The position numbers were made by a program, and so were the translations under genes. Shown here piece by piece: positions 1-11,648 of a stretch of 64,000 bases of DNA. Under the pieces are notes generated by a model that did no database searches, had not been told where the DNA came from, and saw only the letters and a list, made by a program, of their open reading frames with translations. The stretch covers positions 1-64,000 of the forward strand of contig BK006944.2 in NCBI GenBank assembly GCA_000146045.2, in the 5' to 3' direction. Positions within the stretch are counted from its first letter, which is position 1. Every line of letters starts with the position of its first letter. This DNA is from TPA_inf: Saccharomyces (taxonomy: Eukaryota).

Positions 1-67
1 CACCACACCCACACACCACACCCACACACACACCACACCCACACACCACACCCACACACCACACCCA
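1..67. repeat. Telomeric C1-3A/TG1-3 repeat tract (chromosome end, left telomere orientation)
   Basis: Irregular (CACCCA/CACACA) C1-3A repeats run from base 1 to about 67. This is typical of a yeast left telomere read on the + strand. Confidence 0.9.
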
Positions 68-810
68 CTACTCTAACCCTATTCTAATCCAACCCTGATC
101 AACCTGTCTCCAAACCTACCCTCACATTACCCTACCTCTCCACTCGTTACCCTGCCCCACTCAACCATACCACTCCCACCCACCATCCATCTCTCTACTG
201 TCACCAGCCCACCGTCCACCATAACCGTTACCCTCCCATTACTCATATTTAACCCCACTACCACTTACCCTGCCATTACCCTACCATCCACCATGTCCTA
301 CTCACTGTACTGTTGTTCTACCCTCCATATTGAAACGTTAACAAATAATCGTAAATAATACACATATACTTACCCTACCACTCTAATCCCACCACACATC
401 ACATGCCATACTCACCTTCACTTGTATACTGATATGGTATACGCACACGGATGCTACGTATATACCACTCTCAACTTACCCTACTCTCACATTCCACTCC
501 ATGGCCCAGTCTCACTAAATCAGTACGATGCACTCACATCATTATTCACGGCACTTGCCTCAGCGGTTTATACCCTGTGCAATTTACCCATAAAACCCAC
601 GATTATCCACATTTTAATATCTATATCTCATTCAGCGGCTCCAAATATTGTATAACTGCTCTTAATGCATACATTATACCACTTTTACTCCATATACTAA
701 CCATTCAATTTATACACACTTATTTCAATATACCCACAAAATCACCACTAAAATTACCTAAACATAAAAATATTCTACTCTTCAACAATAATACATAAAC
801 ACACTCAATT
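68..810. repeat. Subtelomeric X element: combinatorial STR repeats (about 68-330) plus core X (about 330-810). No Y' element is present.
   Basis: Degenerate TTAGGG-like blocks (ctaaccct/ taccct / ccaccc) directly abut the telomere tract. A core-X-like AT-rich region with an ARS consensus follows. Boundaries are approximate. Confidence 0.55.
759..769 (-). promoter_or_regulatory. ARS consensus sequence (ACS) match within core X
   Basis: The minus strand reads TTTTATGTTTA, an 11/11 match to WTTTAYRTTTW. A TGACGTCA palindrome lies about 60 bp away at 829-836. Confidence 0.4.
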
Positions 811-1809
811 GCGTATCTATACCACCATGACGTCATTAACGTAAAAGTTCCTTAATATTACCATTGCTTGAACGGATGCCATTTCAAAATATTTCGTACT
901 TACACAGACCATACATTAGAATAATATGCACCTCACTATTGTAACACTCTTTATTCACTAAGTTATAATATAGTAGTGGCTCACACTCATGCGGGTGCTA
1001 TGATACAATGGCATCCTATTTCCATTCCCATATGCTAACCGCAATATCCTAAAAGGATAACTGATGTATCTTTAATCTTGTATGTGACACTACTCATACG
1101 AAGAGACTATATCTGAACAAGACGATACTGTGATAGGTACGTTATTTAATAGGATCTATAACGAAATGTCAAATAATTTTACGGTAATATAACTTATCAG
1201 CGGCGTATACTGAAACGGACGTTACGATATTGTCTCACTTCATCTTACCACCCTCTATCTTATTGTTGATAGAACACTAACCCTTCAGCTTTATTTCTGG
1301 TTACGGTTACACAAAAACTATCGCAACCCAGAAATTTTGATATTTTCAGTGTCAAAAAATGAGGGTCTCTAAATGAGAGTTTGATACCATGACTCCGTAA
1401 CTCGCACTGCCCTGATCTGCAATCTTGTTCTTAGAAGTGACGCATATTCTATACGGCCCGACGCGACGCGCCAAAAAATGAAAAAAGAAGCAGCGACTCA
1501 TTTTTATGGAAGGACAAAGTGCTGCGAAGTCATACGCTTCCAATTTCATTGTTGTTTATTGGACATACTCTGTTAGCTTTATTACCGTCCACGCTTTTTC
1601 TACAATAGTGTAAAATTTCTTTCTATGTTTATCATATTCATAAAATGCTTCACGAACACCGTCATTGATCAAATAGGTTTATAATATTAATATACATTTA
1701 TATAATCTACGGTATTTATATCATCAAAAAAAAAGTAGTTTTTTTATTTTATTTTGTTCGTTAATTTTCAATGTCTATGGAAACCCGTTCGTAAAATTGG
1801 CGTTTGTCT

Positions 1810-2181
1810 CTAATTTGCGATAGTGTAGATACCGTCCTTGGATAGAGCACTGGAGATAGCTGGTCTCAATCTGGTAGAGTACCATGGGACACCAGTGATA
1901 ACTCTGGTGACTTGTTCAGCTGGAATACCAGTCAACATGGTGGTGAAGTCACCATAGTTGAAAACAGCTTCAGCAATTTCAACTGGGTAGGTCTCACTTG
2001 GATGAGCTGCTTGAAACAAGTAGTATTGGGCCAAATGAGCTCTGATATCGGAGACGTAAACACCCAATTCGACCAAGTTAACTCTTTCGTCAGATGGAGA
2101 TAGAGTGGTAGTGGCTGGGGCAGCGGCAACACCAGCAGCGATGGCGGCGACACCAGCAGCGATTGAAGTTAATTTGACCAT
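1810..2181 (-). CDS. PAU16: Seripauperin (PAU/TIR family cell-wall mannoprotein)
   Basis: The 123-aa ORF starts [17 protein letters not shown]...[24 protein letters not shown]...[10 protein letters not shown], the hallmark PAU sequence. It is the first gene after the X element. The PAU16 name comes from recalled chromosome XI order. Confidence 0.85.
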   Translation of the reverse strand: MVKLTSIAAGVAAIAAGVAAAPATTTLSPSDERVNLVELGVYVSDIRAHLAQYYLFQAAHPSETYPVEIAEAVFNYGDFTTMLTGIPAEQVTRVITGVPWYSTRLRPAISSALSKDGIYTIAN

Positions 2182-2388
2182 TATATTTGTTTTGTTTCTT
2201 AGTGCTGATATAAGCTTAACAGGAAAGAAAGGAATAAAAACATATTCTCAAAGACATACAGTTGAAGCAGCTCTATTTATACCCATGCCTTCATCAGTCA
2301 TCACTACTTAAACGATTCGTTAACAAGTGCTCATTTAGCACCTCACATATCCTCTATATCTCATCTTTCACACAATCTCATTATCACT

Positions 2389-2721
2389 ATGGAGATGCTC
2401 TTGTTTCTGAACGAATCATACATCTTTCATAGACTTCGTATGTGGAGTACTGTTTTATGGCACTCATGTGTATTCGTATGCGTAGAATGTGAGAATGCCA
2501 ATTATAGGGTGCCGAGGTGCCTTATAAAACCCTTTTCTGTGCCTGTGACATTTCCTTTTTCGGTCAAAAAGAATATCCGAATTTTAGATTTGGACCCTCG
2601 TACAGAAGCTTATTGTCTAAGCCCATATTCAGTCTGCTCTAAACGGCTTCCATGCAAGAAATATTTCTATCTCTTGAATTCGTACAACATTAAACGTGTG
2701 TTGGGAGTCGTATACTGTTAG
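2389..2721 (+). CDS. Small hypothetical ORF (dubious, 110 aa)
   Basis: ORF only. It has no recognisable domain and is Cys-rich with low complexity. It matches the position of a dubious ORF next to PAU16. Confidence 0.2.
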   Translation: MEMLLFLNESYIFHRLRMWSTVLWHSCVFVCVECENANYRVPRCLIKPFSVPVTFPFSVKKNIRILDLDPRTEAYCLSPYSVCSKRLPCKKYFYLLNSYNIKRVLGVVYC

Positions 2722-3502
2722 CGTCTGCAAATTCGTGAATTCTCCGCGAATGCCTTGGTGCAATTACGTAATTGTAGCCGCTGAAGGCGGATGGTATTGA
2801 GAGAAGTTGATGTTCAAAGAATCGTGTATGATAAAAATAAAATTGTAACAGTTTATAAATACTAAACTTTACTTGAAAAGTCTTTTAGTCCGAAAATGAA
2901 TGTGGGAATACTAATTACAAGCCTCCCATGGCACTTCTTCATTTCTTTTTGACTACGAACATGGCACTTTTTCAATTAATTATATTTAATAAATATTTCT
3001 TTTTACTTAAATTTTACAAAACCCAAGGTCATTATGGTGATTAAACCACAGTATATATATGTATATGTTGAAGAGGTTTCAATTCGGCCAAAACGACAGT
3101 ACTATATCTGAGTCTGCACTAGACAATATTGAATTTACTTACCAATTAGCATTAATATACCAGAAAAATATCGAATTTCTTTTTCCGGAATAAAATACTT
3201 CTCTTTCAAAATATTCATTTGCAAATTAGAATACATAGGATATTATGATGTGCACCTAAAATATAGAGAAACATACTTAGAACTTACATATCAAACGTTA
3301 TCTTAGTTATTAAAAATGAAAAATAGCTGGGCAGTGACACCTGAAATACCCCAAAAAAAAGAGCAACTATCTAGAAAAGTATGTAGAAGTCCGAAAGGAA
3401 CAGAGGGTGCCACCAATAGCTTTCACAAAGAGTTCCTTTCGTGTTGGCAAAAAAAATGAGTCACTTACTACAGGTTCAATTTTTATAATTCAATTGTTGT
3501 AC

Positions 3503-5620
3503 CTATCTGGAAAAGAAGTCCTCAAAATTACTCCACCCGGAAATAGCTGTATCAAAGAAGGCACTTGGAGAACCTAATATATCATCGATGAAATTTTCCG
3601 AGAAATCTTCTAAAGGTCCCTCTAAATCATTTAGTATAGTTGTTAAACTGTTTTCAGTTGCATCATTTTCGGTTTCAGGCCCTTCATCGATATTTTTCAT
3701 TCCTTTGTTAAAAGCTCTTCTTCCTATTTTTTCCATTGATATAATAATAGAAAAGTAATAGGAGTTTTGCCAAATTTGAGTAAGAGGTTTCAACTTTTCT
3801 TGGTGAATATGATCAAATATGTTTTCCATTTCTTTAAATGCAATTTTCAGTGAAATACACTTATTGTGTGGACCCTCAAAGTCTCCAGGACATATAGAAT
3901 AAGTTAGTGCGGACGAATTTCTCTGAATGAATAATTGGATATCTTTATTTTCCATATACTGTAGAAAAATGGTATAAATTTGAATTAATGCTCTGAAAGC
4001 GTTCACATAAATAAGAAACAACGCATTGTTTAAATGGGGCCATTTTTTGGAGAGGCATAATGACTTAGAAGATAATTTGCTGTTGTCTAATTCAAAATAG
4101 GTCTCAAGGACATTAAAGCACAAATGTAATGAATTTAGTGGAGCCAGGACGCTAAAATTGAATATTCTCGCATCAAAATCTTGATGTGTTAAGGTATAAA
4201 GATTGGATAAACTTCCTATCATATGGAGAGTTGCATGCCATAATTGAAGTTCGGTGAACTCATTACCATTTAAATTAGATGCATTTAAGTAAAAATCCAA
4301 CGGCTTAAACATTTTAATGGTGAACTTTTTTAAGTCCTCGATGATGAGTGGAATGTCAGGCGGTTTCTCACGAGCATGAATTTGTTTCATAATATTTCTC
4401 AGTCTTAATGTTGTTTTATACAGAAGGATGTCCCCTGATGAAGAATAGTTTTCTAGACGTACCTTGTTTACAAAATCGTCGTTGATTCGGACCGGAATTC
4501 CTGTAGAGAGTGAAATTTTAACGTCCGTGAATAGGATCCATAACCACAATCTCTCCAAGTAAGGTATTTCCTCTATTGGATGATTTTTACTCAGATATAA
4601 ACGACGAAGATCTTCATTAAGGCCCATATGGATAGCTGTGTCAATTGTCAGACCATGAATAAATATGCAATGTGACTGATCGCCCCCGTCAAGACCCGCC
4701 ACATTTATGTACAGGTAACGTAAAAATAAAAATTGCACACGCTCAGTATAAAAAACTTTAGCCGAAACAAAAGACGTTAAAACTTTATGGAAGACTTCAA
4801 TAGCCTCTGGCACTTCTTTTGGATGGGATGCTAAGCACATAATGGCTGTCATAACACCCACTTTATAATAATTTTTTTTACTGTCCAGATTAAGGGAAAT
4901 TATTGTGTGCTGACCAGTTTTATGACTTCTTGGGCCTTTAACAAAACAATCTTGCAGATCCCTTAATACTTTTTCTTTATGAACAATTTGGTAACTATCG
5001 TAAAAATCGCTAGCAAAAAAATCAGTTAAATACTCACACAAAACTTCATAATTTGGAAGCGATTCACATAAGTATTCAATAACACTTGGTGAGCCTGAGT
5101 GCGGTGGGGCAGTCTCAATGGAACTAATCTCCGAGAGTGTTGAGTAATGATGCTCTCTTTTCCAGTTGTTACGGCTGAGTTTTAGGACTTGCCATATCTC
5201 CTCTCTGTATTTGGCAAAAGTATCTGTTTGAGTTGCTAATATTGCTCGATACGACGTTGGTCCATAAAGAATGTGCCTATTGTGCTTTGAAGATAAATAT
5301 CTCATGTTGGAAAGAGGGTTTTGTCCTTCGTGAATGTTAGGCTGGGATTGTTTTGTTAGCTGAGATTCAAGCTCTTCAATACGACGAGCCATCTCTAATT
5401 TTGAACATCTCCTGTATTTTTTCCTGAGTTGGTCCTCCATGGCGGAAGTGTTTTCTTTATATTCACATTGCTTTCGATTTCGAGAAGAGCAACTTCCACA
5501 GAACGGTCTTACTCGATCGCACTTGAGCTTTCTTACTCTACAAAAGTGGCACGACTTTGCAGGCTTTCTTCTACTCTGCCTATCTAATTTTTTTTTTTGA
5601 CTAAGTTCCGTATTCTTCAT
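3503..5620 (-). CDS. Zn(II)2Cys6 binuclear cluster transcription factor, uncharacterised (YKL222C-like)
   Basis: The N-terminus carries CHFCRVRKLKCDRVRPFCGSCSSRNRKQCEY, which is the CX2CX6CX5-9CX2CX6-8C Gal4-type motif. A fungal-specific TF middle-homology region follows. 705 aa. Confidence 0.85.
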   Translation of the reverse strand: MKNTELSQKKKLDRQSRRKPAKSCHFCRVRKLKCDRVRPFCGSCSSRNRKQCEYKENTSAMEDQLRKKYRRCSKLEMARRIEELESQLTKQSQPNIHEGQNPLSNMRYLSSKHNRHILYGPTSYRAILATQTDTFAKYREEIWQVLKLSRNNWKREHHYSTLSEISSIETAPPHSGSPSVIEYLCESLPNYEVLCEYLTDFFASDFYDSYQIVHKEKVLRDLQDCFVKGPRSHKTGQHTIISLNLDSKKNYYKVGVMTAIMCLASHPKEVPEAIEVFHKVLTSFVSAKVFYTERVQFLFLRYLYINVAGLDGGDQSHCIFIHGLTIDTAIHMGLNEDLRRLYLSKNHPIEEIPYLERLWLWILFTDVKISLSTGIPVRINDDFVNKVRLENYSSSGDILLYKTTLRLRNIMKQIHAREKPPDIPLIIEDLKKFTIKMFKPLDFYLNASNLNGNEFTELQLWHATLHMIGSLSNLYTLTHQDFDARIFNFSVLAPLNSLHLCFNVLETYFELDNSKLSSKSLCLSKKWPHLNNALFLIYVNAFRALIQIYTIFLQYMENKDIQLFIQRNSSALTYSICPGDFEGPHNKCISLKIAFKEMENIFDHIHQEKLKPLTQIWQNSYYFSIIISMEKIGRRAFNKGMKNIDEGPETENDATENSLTTILNDLEGPLEDFSENFIDDILGSPSAFFDTAISGWSNFEDFFSR

Positions 5621-6100
5621 TTTCTATTGATTATGGAAAGTATATTGCTACAGATTCATTATTTCCAAAGCAACCGTTATTGGTTACTAGTGCTGGACAA
5701 TTGATATGTAATCAGTTGCTATACATCTAGATCAAGTTGCTCTCTTCTTTTGACGTTTCGAATATTTTTTGACTTCAAACTTGAAGTGCACACTCATCTT
5801 TTCAAGGTTTTTTATGATTCTCCGTTTTATGGCTATTCCCGCTTTTAACATAGAGGCGATGCATGGAAGACAATAATTATTTTAAGGTGCTTTTGAGATC
5901 AAGATATTTTTAAGAGTACTCACTATGGGTATGAGATAATAAAATATATTCCGTTTTCTTATTATTTCCATTCTTCAGATTTTTACAGGCTAAACACACA
6001 TATATAAAAATGCCATCGGATATTCAATTCAGTATCCTGCTATTGATATAGAACTATATAACTGATACTAGAATATACTAATTCGTGCACTATTAACCGT

Positions 6101-7528
6101 TTGGCGATGTCCGAAGAACGGCATGAAGATCATCATAGGGATGTTGAAAATAAATTGAATTTAAATGGTAAAGACGATATTAACGGGAATACCTCAATCT
6201 CGATCGAGGTGCCTGATGGAGGATATGGGTGGTTTATTCTTCTTGCTTTTATTCTGTACAACTTTTCTACTTGGGGGGCAAATTCTGGTTATGCTATTTA
6301 TTTAGCGCATTATTTAGAGAATAATACTTTTGCTGGTGGGAGTAAATTAGACTATGCTTCTATAGGTGGGTTAGCATTCAGTTGTGGACTTTTTTTTGCC
6401 CCAGTTATAACATGGCTTTATCATATATTTTCAATTCAATTCATTATAGGCTTAGGGATACTGTTTCAAGGGGCAGCGCTACTGCTTGCAGCTTTTTCTG
6501 TCACACTCTGGGAAATTTATCTCACGCAAGGCGTTTTAATTGGATTCGGTTTAGCATTTATTTTCATACCCAGTGTCACACTCATCCCACTATGGTTCAG
6601 AAATAAAAGATCTTTAGCCTCTGGTATAGGAACTGCTGGAAGCGGGTTAGGTGGTATTGTCTTTAACTTGGGAATGCAAAGTATTCTACAAAAGAGGGGC
6701 GTTAAATGGGCGCTCATTGCTCAGTGCATAATATGCACATCACTTAGCACCATTGCGCTTATGTTGACCAGAACAACACATCAAGGCCTACGTCAACATA
6801 AGAGATCTTACAAATTTGAATTGCTAGATTATGATGTGCTTTCAAATTTCGCGGTCTGGTTACTTTTTGGATTTGTATCATTTGCTATGTTAGGATATGT
6901 TGTCCTTTTGTATTCCTTGTCTGATTTTACCGTTAGTTTAGGTTATACTAGTAAGCAAGGCTCATACGTATCGTGCATGGTGAGTGTCGGCTCTCTGCTG
7001 GGACGACCAATTGTGGGTCACATTGCTGATAAATATGGATCACTAACAGTTGGCATGATATTGCACCTTGTCATGGCCATCCTTTGTTGGGCCATGTGGA
7101 TACCTTGTAAAAATTTGGCCACTGCGATAGCTTTTGGATTATTGGTTGGTTCTATTATGGGAACAATTTGGCCAACAATTGCTTCAATTGTTACACGCAT
7201 TGTTGGTCTTCAAAAGCTTCCTGGTACCTTTGGTAGTACCTGGATTTTTATGGCGGCTTTTGCCTTAGTTGCCCCCATAATCGGTCTGGAACTTCGTTCA
7301 ACTGATACGAATGGAAACGATTATTATCGTACAGCAATATTCGTGGGTTTTGCGTACTTTGGTGTTAGTTTATGCCAATGGCTATTGAGAGGGTTTATAA
7401 TAGCTCGAGATGAGATTGCTGTGCGTGAAGCCTATTCAGCTGACCAAAATGAATTGCATTTAAACGTTAAGTTATCACATATGAGTAAATGTCTTTTTCG
7501 TTATAAACAATTACCTAGGAGAGTCTAA
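6101..7528 (+). CDS. MCH2: Major facilitator superfamily transporter, monocarboxylate-transporter homologue
   Basis: 475 aa with about 12 hydrophobic segments and an MFS/MCT-like architecture. It is transcribed divergently from the Zn-cluster gene. The name comes from chromosome XI gene order. Confidence 0.8.
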   Translation: MAMSEERHEDHHRDVENKLNLNGKDDINGNTSISIEVPDGGYGWFILLAFILYNFSTWGANSGYAIYLAHYLENNTFAGGSKLDYASIGGLAFSCGLFFAPVITWLYHIFSIQFIIGLGILFQGAALLLAAFSVTLWEIYLTQGVLIGFGLAFIFIPSVTLIPLWFRNKRSLASGIGTAGSGLGGIVFNLGMQSILQKRGVKWALIAQCIICTSLSTIALMLTRTTHQGLRQHKRSYKFELLDYDVLSNFAVWLLFGFVSFAMLGYVVLLYSLSDFTVSLGYTSKQGSYVSCMVSVGSLLGRPIVGHIADKYGSLTVGMILHLVMAILCWAMWIPCKNLATAIAFGLLVGSIMGTIWPTIASIVTRIVGLQKLPGTFGSTWIFMAAFALVAPIIGLELRSTDTNGNDYYRTAIFVGFAYFGVSLCQWLLRGFIIARDEIAVREAYSADQNELHLNVKLSHMSKCLFRYKQLPRRV

Positions 7529-9090
7529 AGGTCACTTTTATTTCACACTGTAGATAAGAAGGGGATAGAGTTGCCAGAAAATTTTTTGCTTTATCAGCTT
7601 TTTAGATTTGTCTTCTCGTTTTATAAATAATGATAATTTAGTACAATAATAGATAATAAAAACATTTTTTTTTGCAAATTGAAAGCTTAACTGGTTTTTT
7701 AAAAGAAAATATTAGTGACCTTCTACCGACTAAAATCTTCCACTAAATCCCCAGTAGAAACATAAGATAAGGTTGAAACTTTTTTAGGGCGATTATATTT
7801 TTAGTCCTATACATGTTTGATGGCATACTTTTTAAGGAAGATTTATGAAGCTATGTTCCACATAGGTTTATGTGCTATTGATATATACTATAAATAAAAC
7901 GCTCTACCCAAGAAATGAAACATTTTTTAAACTTTTGTCATCAGCACAAAAATATGCGGATTTACGCGTTTGTCATTCCTATAAACCTTAACCTTAACGC
8001 GAAACCATATTTCGCTACCTAATGTTGGTTCGGTGCATTTTGAGAAAAGGAACTAGGTTCAGATATCATGCATCGAATCTATTATCTTCCAACCGAACTT
8101 TTACAAACGTTTAGACCGAGCGTTATTGACTGAATTAAGAGCAAGTTTTTACACGTGTGACTCTGGCACATTAGAGCTGTTTGAGAATCTAAAGTCTTGC
8201 TGTCTAAGGACCAAAAATAATGTATTTCGAGGTCATAGCTAAGAATCTCATTGTTCTTCAGCACTTGCTAATCACATATCTATTTCTAAGTACAAGATGA
8301 TAGTTAACAACTAATAATGAATAAACCAGGTAAAAAAAAAAAAAGAAAAAGCTGTAAAAGACGACAACGTTGGCGTCGCGAAAATATTAATAGAACCATA
8401 TGTTGGATAATGTAGCCTCTATTATACACTTATCCCGATTACATTGTTTTAGCGACGGTAATCATCTTTTTATCCGGCACTCTGAATCAAACTCTATCTT
8501 TAAGTATCCTATATGCATGAGTTATGTCGATTATATCGAAGACTCGGTGTGTGATATTACTCCACAGTACAAAAACAGGAATACAGAGAAAATTGAAAAG
8601 ATATATGAACGGATGGTATGGTAAATAAAATAACAGCCATTATAAAGCTTGTGGTAAATTTTCCAGGACGGAAGTTAGCTTATGCAGTTTTGTTTATCTT
8701 CCTTGCATCTGTGTATAATACTGAAACACGCAATTAACGTTTCATAAAATTTGCCTGAGGGCCGTATAAAAATTCAGTGACCATTGTTCACACTTTAAAT
8801 ATAGCCAAATTGCCAAGAAAGGGTTTCATTGCAGGTTTATCGAAATATTAACTCTTTAAATACAGGGACTATACAGAGCTAACTTCTTAAGAAAAAAAAC
8901 CATGCGACACACTACGACTTTCACAAATTCCATAAAAGAGATATTTAAGATTTAGATAAAATATCAAAGGACTGCTGTACTCTGCTTCAATTACCTCCTT
9001 ACCATAAAGTTATAGGCAGCTTTCTCCATCGACATACTAAAATTTGGATAGGTATTATTAATGAAATGACTAGTTTTAAGTAAAAAATGA

Positions 9091-11226
9091 TCACCAGCAT
9101 TGATACTCTTCAAAGTACTCAATGGCTTTTGCAGACTTATCTAAAACTATTTTTGCGGTTTCATTCCTCACTTTGTCAACAAAAATAGGAGGTCCACAGC
9201 AAACCACAGATAATGAGCCACTCAATTCAGCCGCTTCATGTAGAAGTTCCTTAACATTTGGTCGCCCGCAATGGAAAACAACACCATCAAAACCAAGTGG
9301 ATTGGCAGACTTTTCTAAAGTAGTTGCCACAACAGTGCCTTTTTCATCAGCCTTCTCATCCTGTTGAGAAATATCTAAACTATCACTAGGGGTTAATGAT
9401 GGGACTTCCATTGTGTTGTAGATGTGAAGCTGTACATTCAGATTTTCTAAACACATCAACTCCGGCTTATAAGCCTCGAGTACGTCGAATCCTCTAACTG
9501 CAATCACTAATTTTACAGATTGTTTTCCAGCAGCCGCTGACGTCTTTCCAAGTTTAATTGCATGTGCAATAGGTCCAGGCAAACCGGTACCTCCAGTGAG
9601 TAACAATACATTATTGTAATTATTGACCGGAGATGAAGAACCATATGGACCTTCTATAGCTAGTCTCATAGATGTCTTACCTCCATTGCGACACACATAC
9701 TTTTTGACAAGTCTTGTTACTCCCTTTTTTTCTTTCAGGATAATAACCAGTTCACCATTCTTGCTTACTGAATCCAAAACAGTAAATGGATGTGACTGCC
9801 AGAAGTACAGTGGATGTAAAAACGAAACGAAAACATATTGCCCAGGTTTGGCCCTCCATGGCCTTGCCGGTTTTTTAACTGTTAAACGAATGAGATCATC
9901 CCCGATTAGTTGTAGGGAAGCTTTGGGGAAACCAAAATAAGAAGCTTTGATAATTCTAATAATCCGGTCAACGATCCAAATCGCAATAGCAGTGTATATC
10001 CACTCAATGCCACTTAAACTAACAACATGCTCCCAACATGCATAAAAGAACATTGCACCAAGGACGATATGAAGAAAAAGAAAGGCTTCATAAAAATACT
10101 TCCTGAATACTGCAAAGGAAAAGAAAACCATTGTGCCAGCTAAACAAAGTGCTGCCACCCCGAATTGCCAATATAATCGGTTTTTACTTGTTGCCCAAGT
10201 TTTATTCGCTACCGTATAACTAGTATATGCAGAGCCATGAATCATAGCATCCAAAAACATCATTCTTCCCAACCATTTGTGAAACATAATGAAGGAAGTA
10301 TATTTAACCCCAGAAATATACTCGAGAAAGTTGTTTCTTCCCGCGAAAAGAACTATTAATGGAAAGTGTGCGAATGCGAGTACACCACTTCTGTCTGCCA
10401 CATATCGAGCAACTTGAACTCTACGAGACTTGAATATTATATTTTCAGGATCGTATTCATAACCGTATGCCAAAAAAACGGTATGAAGCACGAGATATCC
10501 AAGAATAATGATACCCTCTAATCTTGTAGGTAAATATCCTGTGAATATTCTAAAATAAGAGAAATCTGACGCATGTTTGCTTCCAATGGTAGGTAGAGTG
10601 AGGTATCCCCTTACATATCCCACAAGCTTTTGCTTCAATAGAACAGTTTTAAAGGGAGTGTAATTCATGCAATGAAGAACGCCTGCAAAAGCCATGATAG
10701 CGACAAAATAAGCACATATAATGCCACCATATATGTTTCCGACATCTAAGTTAGCATAGAAACCATGCAATGCATGATAGTAGGCTTTTCTTAACTGTGT
10801 ATCCATTTCAACTGGATATGTTAGGTTTGCACTGCCTTTGACATAGGGCGTCATATGCCTCGTTCCGTTGTTTAGAACGTCATAAAACTCAGAATTAGTC
10901 ATGTTCTGAAGAGCATCACTATAACTTGCACAGTTTTTTTTGATGGTACTAAATGTTTTTTCTAAGGTTTTATTCGAATAACCTTTTTCATCCAACGTTT
11001 CATAGATACAATACAGCATTGATTGAAACGCTGGTTCGTAAGAACATACTGGTGATGAACGCTTAGACTTGCTGGTATACTCCCAAGTAACTTTTTGAAA
11101 AATCCTCGTGCAGGCATTAGTGACAAGCAAGGGCACCTTGTTACGAATAACTGTCTTTGCAGGTGATGCTCTTGCTCCTGACAGGCAGAAAAGCAAAATA
11201 GCGCTCAAGATGGACGTCCAATGCAT
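9091..11226 (-). CDS. FRE2: Ferric/cupric reductase (NOX/FRE family transmembrane flavocytochrome)
   Basis: 711 aa with an N-terminal signal peptide and His-containing TM helices for bis-heme. It has an HPFT FAD-binding motif and a GGTGLPG NADPH-binding motif. Candidate Aft1 boxes lie upstream. Confidence 0.85.
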   Translation of the reverse strand: MHWTSILSAILLFCLSGARASPAKTVIRNKVPLLVTNACTRIFQKVTWEYTSKSKRSSPVCSYEPAFQSMLYCIYETLDEKGYSNKTLEKTFSTIKKNCASYSDALQNMTNSEFYDVLNNGTRHMTPYVKGSANLTYPVEMDTQLRKAYYHALHGFYANLDVGNIYGGIICAYFVAIMAFAGVLHCMNYTPFKTVLLKQKLVGYVRGYLTLPTIGSKHASDFSYFRIFTGYLPTRLEGIIILGYLVLHTVFLAYGYEYDPENIIFKSRRVQVARYVADRSGVLAFAHFPLIVLFAGRNNFLEYISGVKYTSFIMFHKWLGRMMFLDAMIHGSAYTSYTVANKTWATSKNRLYWQFGVAALCLAGTMVFFSFAVFRKYFYEAFLFLHIVLGAMFFYACWEHVVSLSGIEWIYTAIAIWIVDRIIRIIKASYFGFPKASLQLIGDDLIRLTVKKPARPWRAKPGQYVFVSFLHPLYFWQSHPFTVLDSVSKNGELVIILKEKKGVTRLVKKYVCRNGGKTSMRLAIEGPYGSSSPVNNYNNVLLLTGGTGLPGPIAHAIKLGKTSAAAGKQSVKLVIAVRGFDVLEAYKPELMCLENLNVQLHIYNTMEVPSLTPSDSLDISQQDEKADEKGTVVATTLEKSANPLGFDGVVFHCGRPNVKELLHEAAELSGSLSVVCCGPPIFVDKVRNETAKIVLDKSAKAIEYFEEYQCW

Positions 11227-11483
11227 TATATTCGTTGGGTTTCATAAGCTTTGGATAAAAAAGACTTTATTACAACTGTAGCAAAAAATCATGTTCATTT
11301 TTTGCGACTTATATATTTAGTGGCAAATTAATGATACCTTGCAATAACCGAATTTAGAGTATGTTGTCCAAGAAAGGAGGGATTTTGTTCATCAGAAAAG
11401 AATTCAGAAAAGCAAGGAAACAGTACTATCGTTTAGAATGTAGAATGATAGGTTGCTTGCTAATTCTATTATGGCACGAATGA

Positions 11484-11491
11484 TACACCCA
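11484..11491 (+). promoter_or_regulatory. Candidate Aft1/Aft2 iron-responsive element (PyPuCACCCPu) in the FRE2 promoter
   Basis: TACACCCA lies about 260 bp upstream of the FRE2 ATG. Confidence 0.45.
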
Positions 11492-11648
11492 TATTTTCAA
11501 CAAAATCAATACCCACTAGCATCATTGAGCCAACTATTTGTCAATGCAACCATTACCGGTACTTCATCCTGATTTAACGAGTCTACTTTTTTATCACGTC
11601 AAAATTTACTTGTTTTCCTGTAAACCCGAAATAAAGGCAAAAAAGACC

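Noticed and set aside
422-798. Two overlapping ORFs (77 and 115 aa) inside the X element
   Set aside because: They lie entirely within subtelomeric repeat sequence and have His/Thr/Leu-rich low-complexity translations. These are dubious telomeric ORFs and not credible proteins.
2110-2165. 21-nt tandem duplication (IAAGVAA x2) in the PAU16 signal-peptide region
   Set aside because: The [11 protein letters not shown] duplication is a family-wide feature of PAU N-termini and is not specific to this locus.
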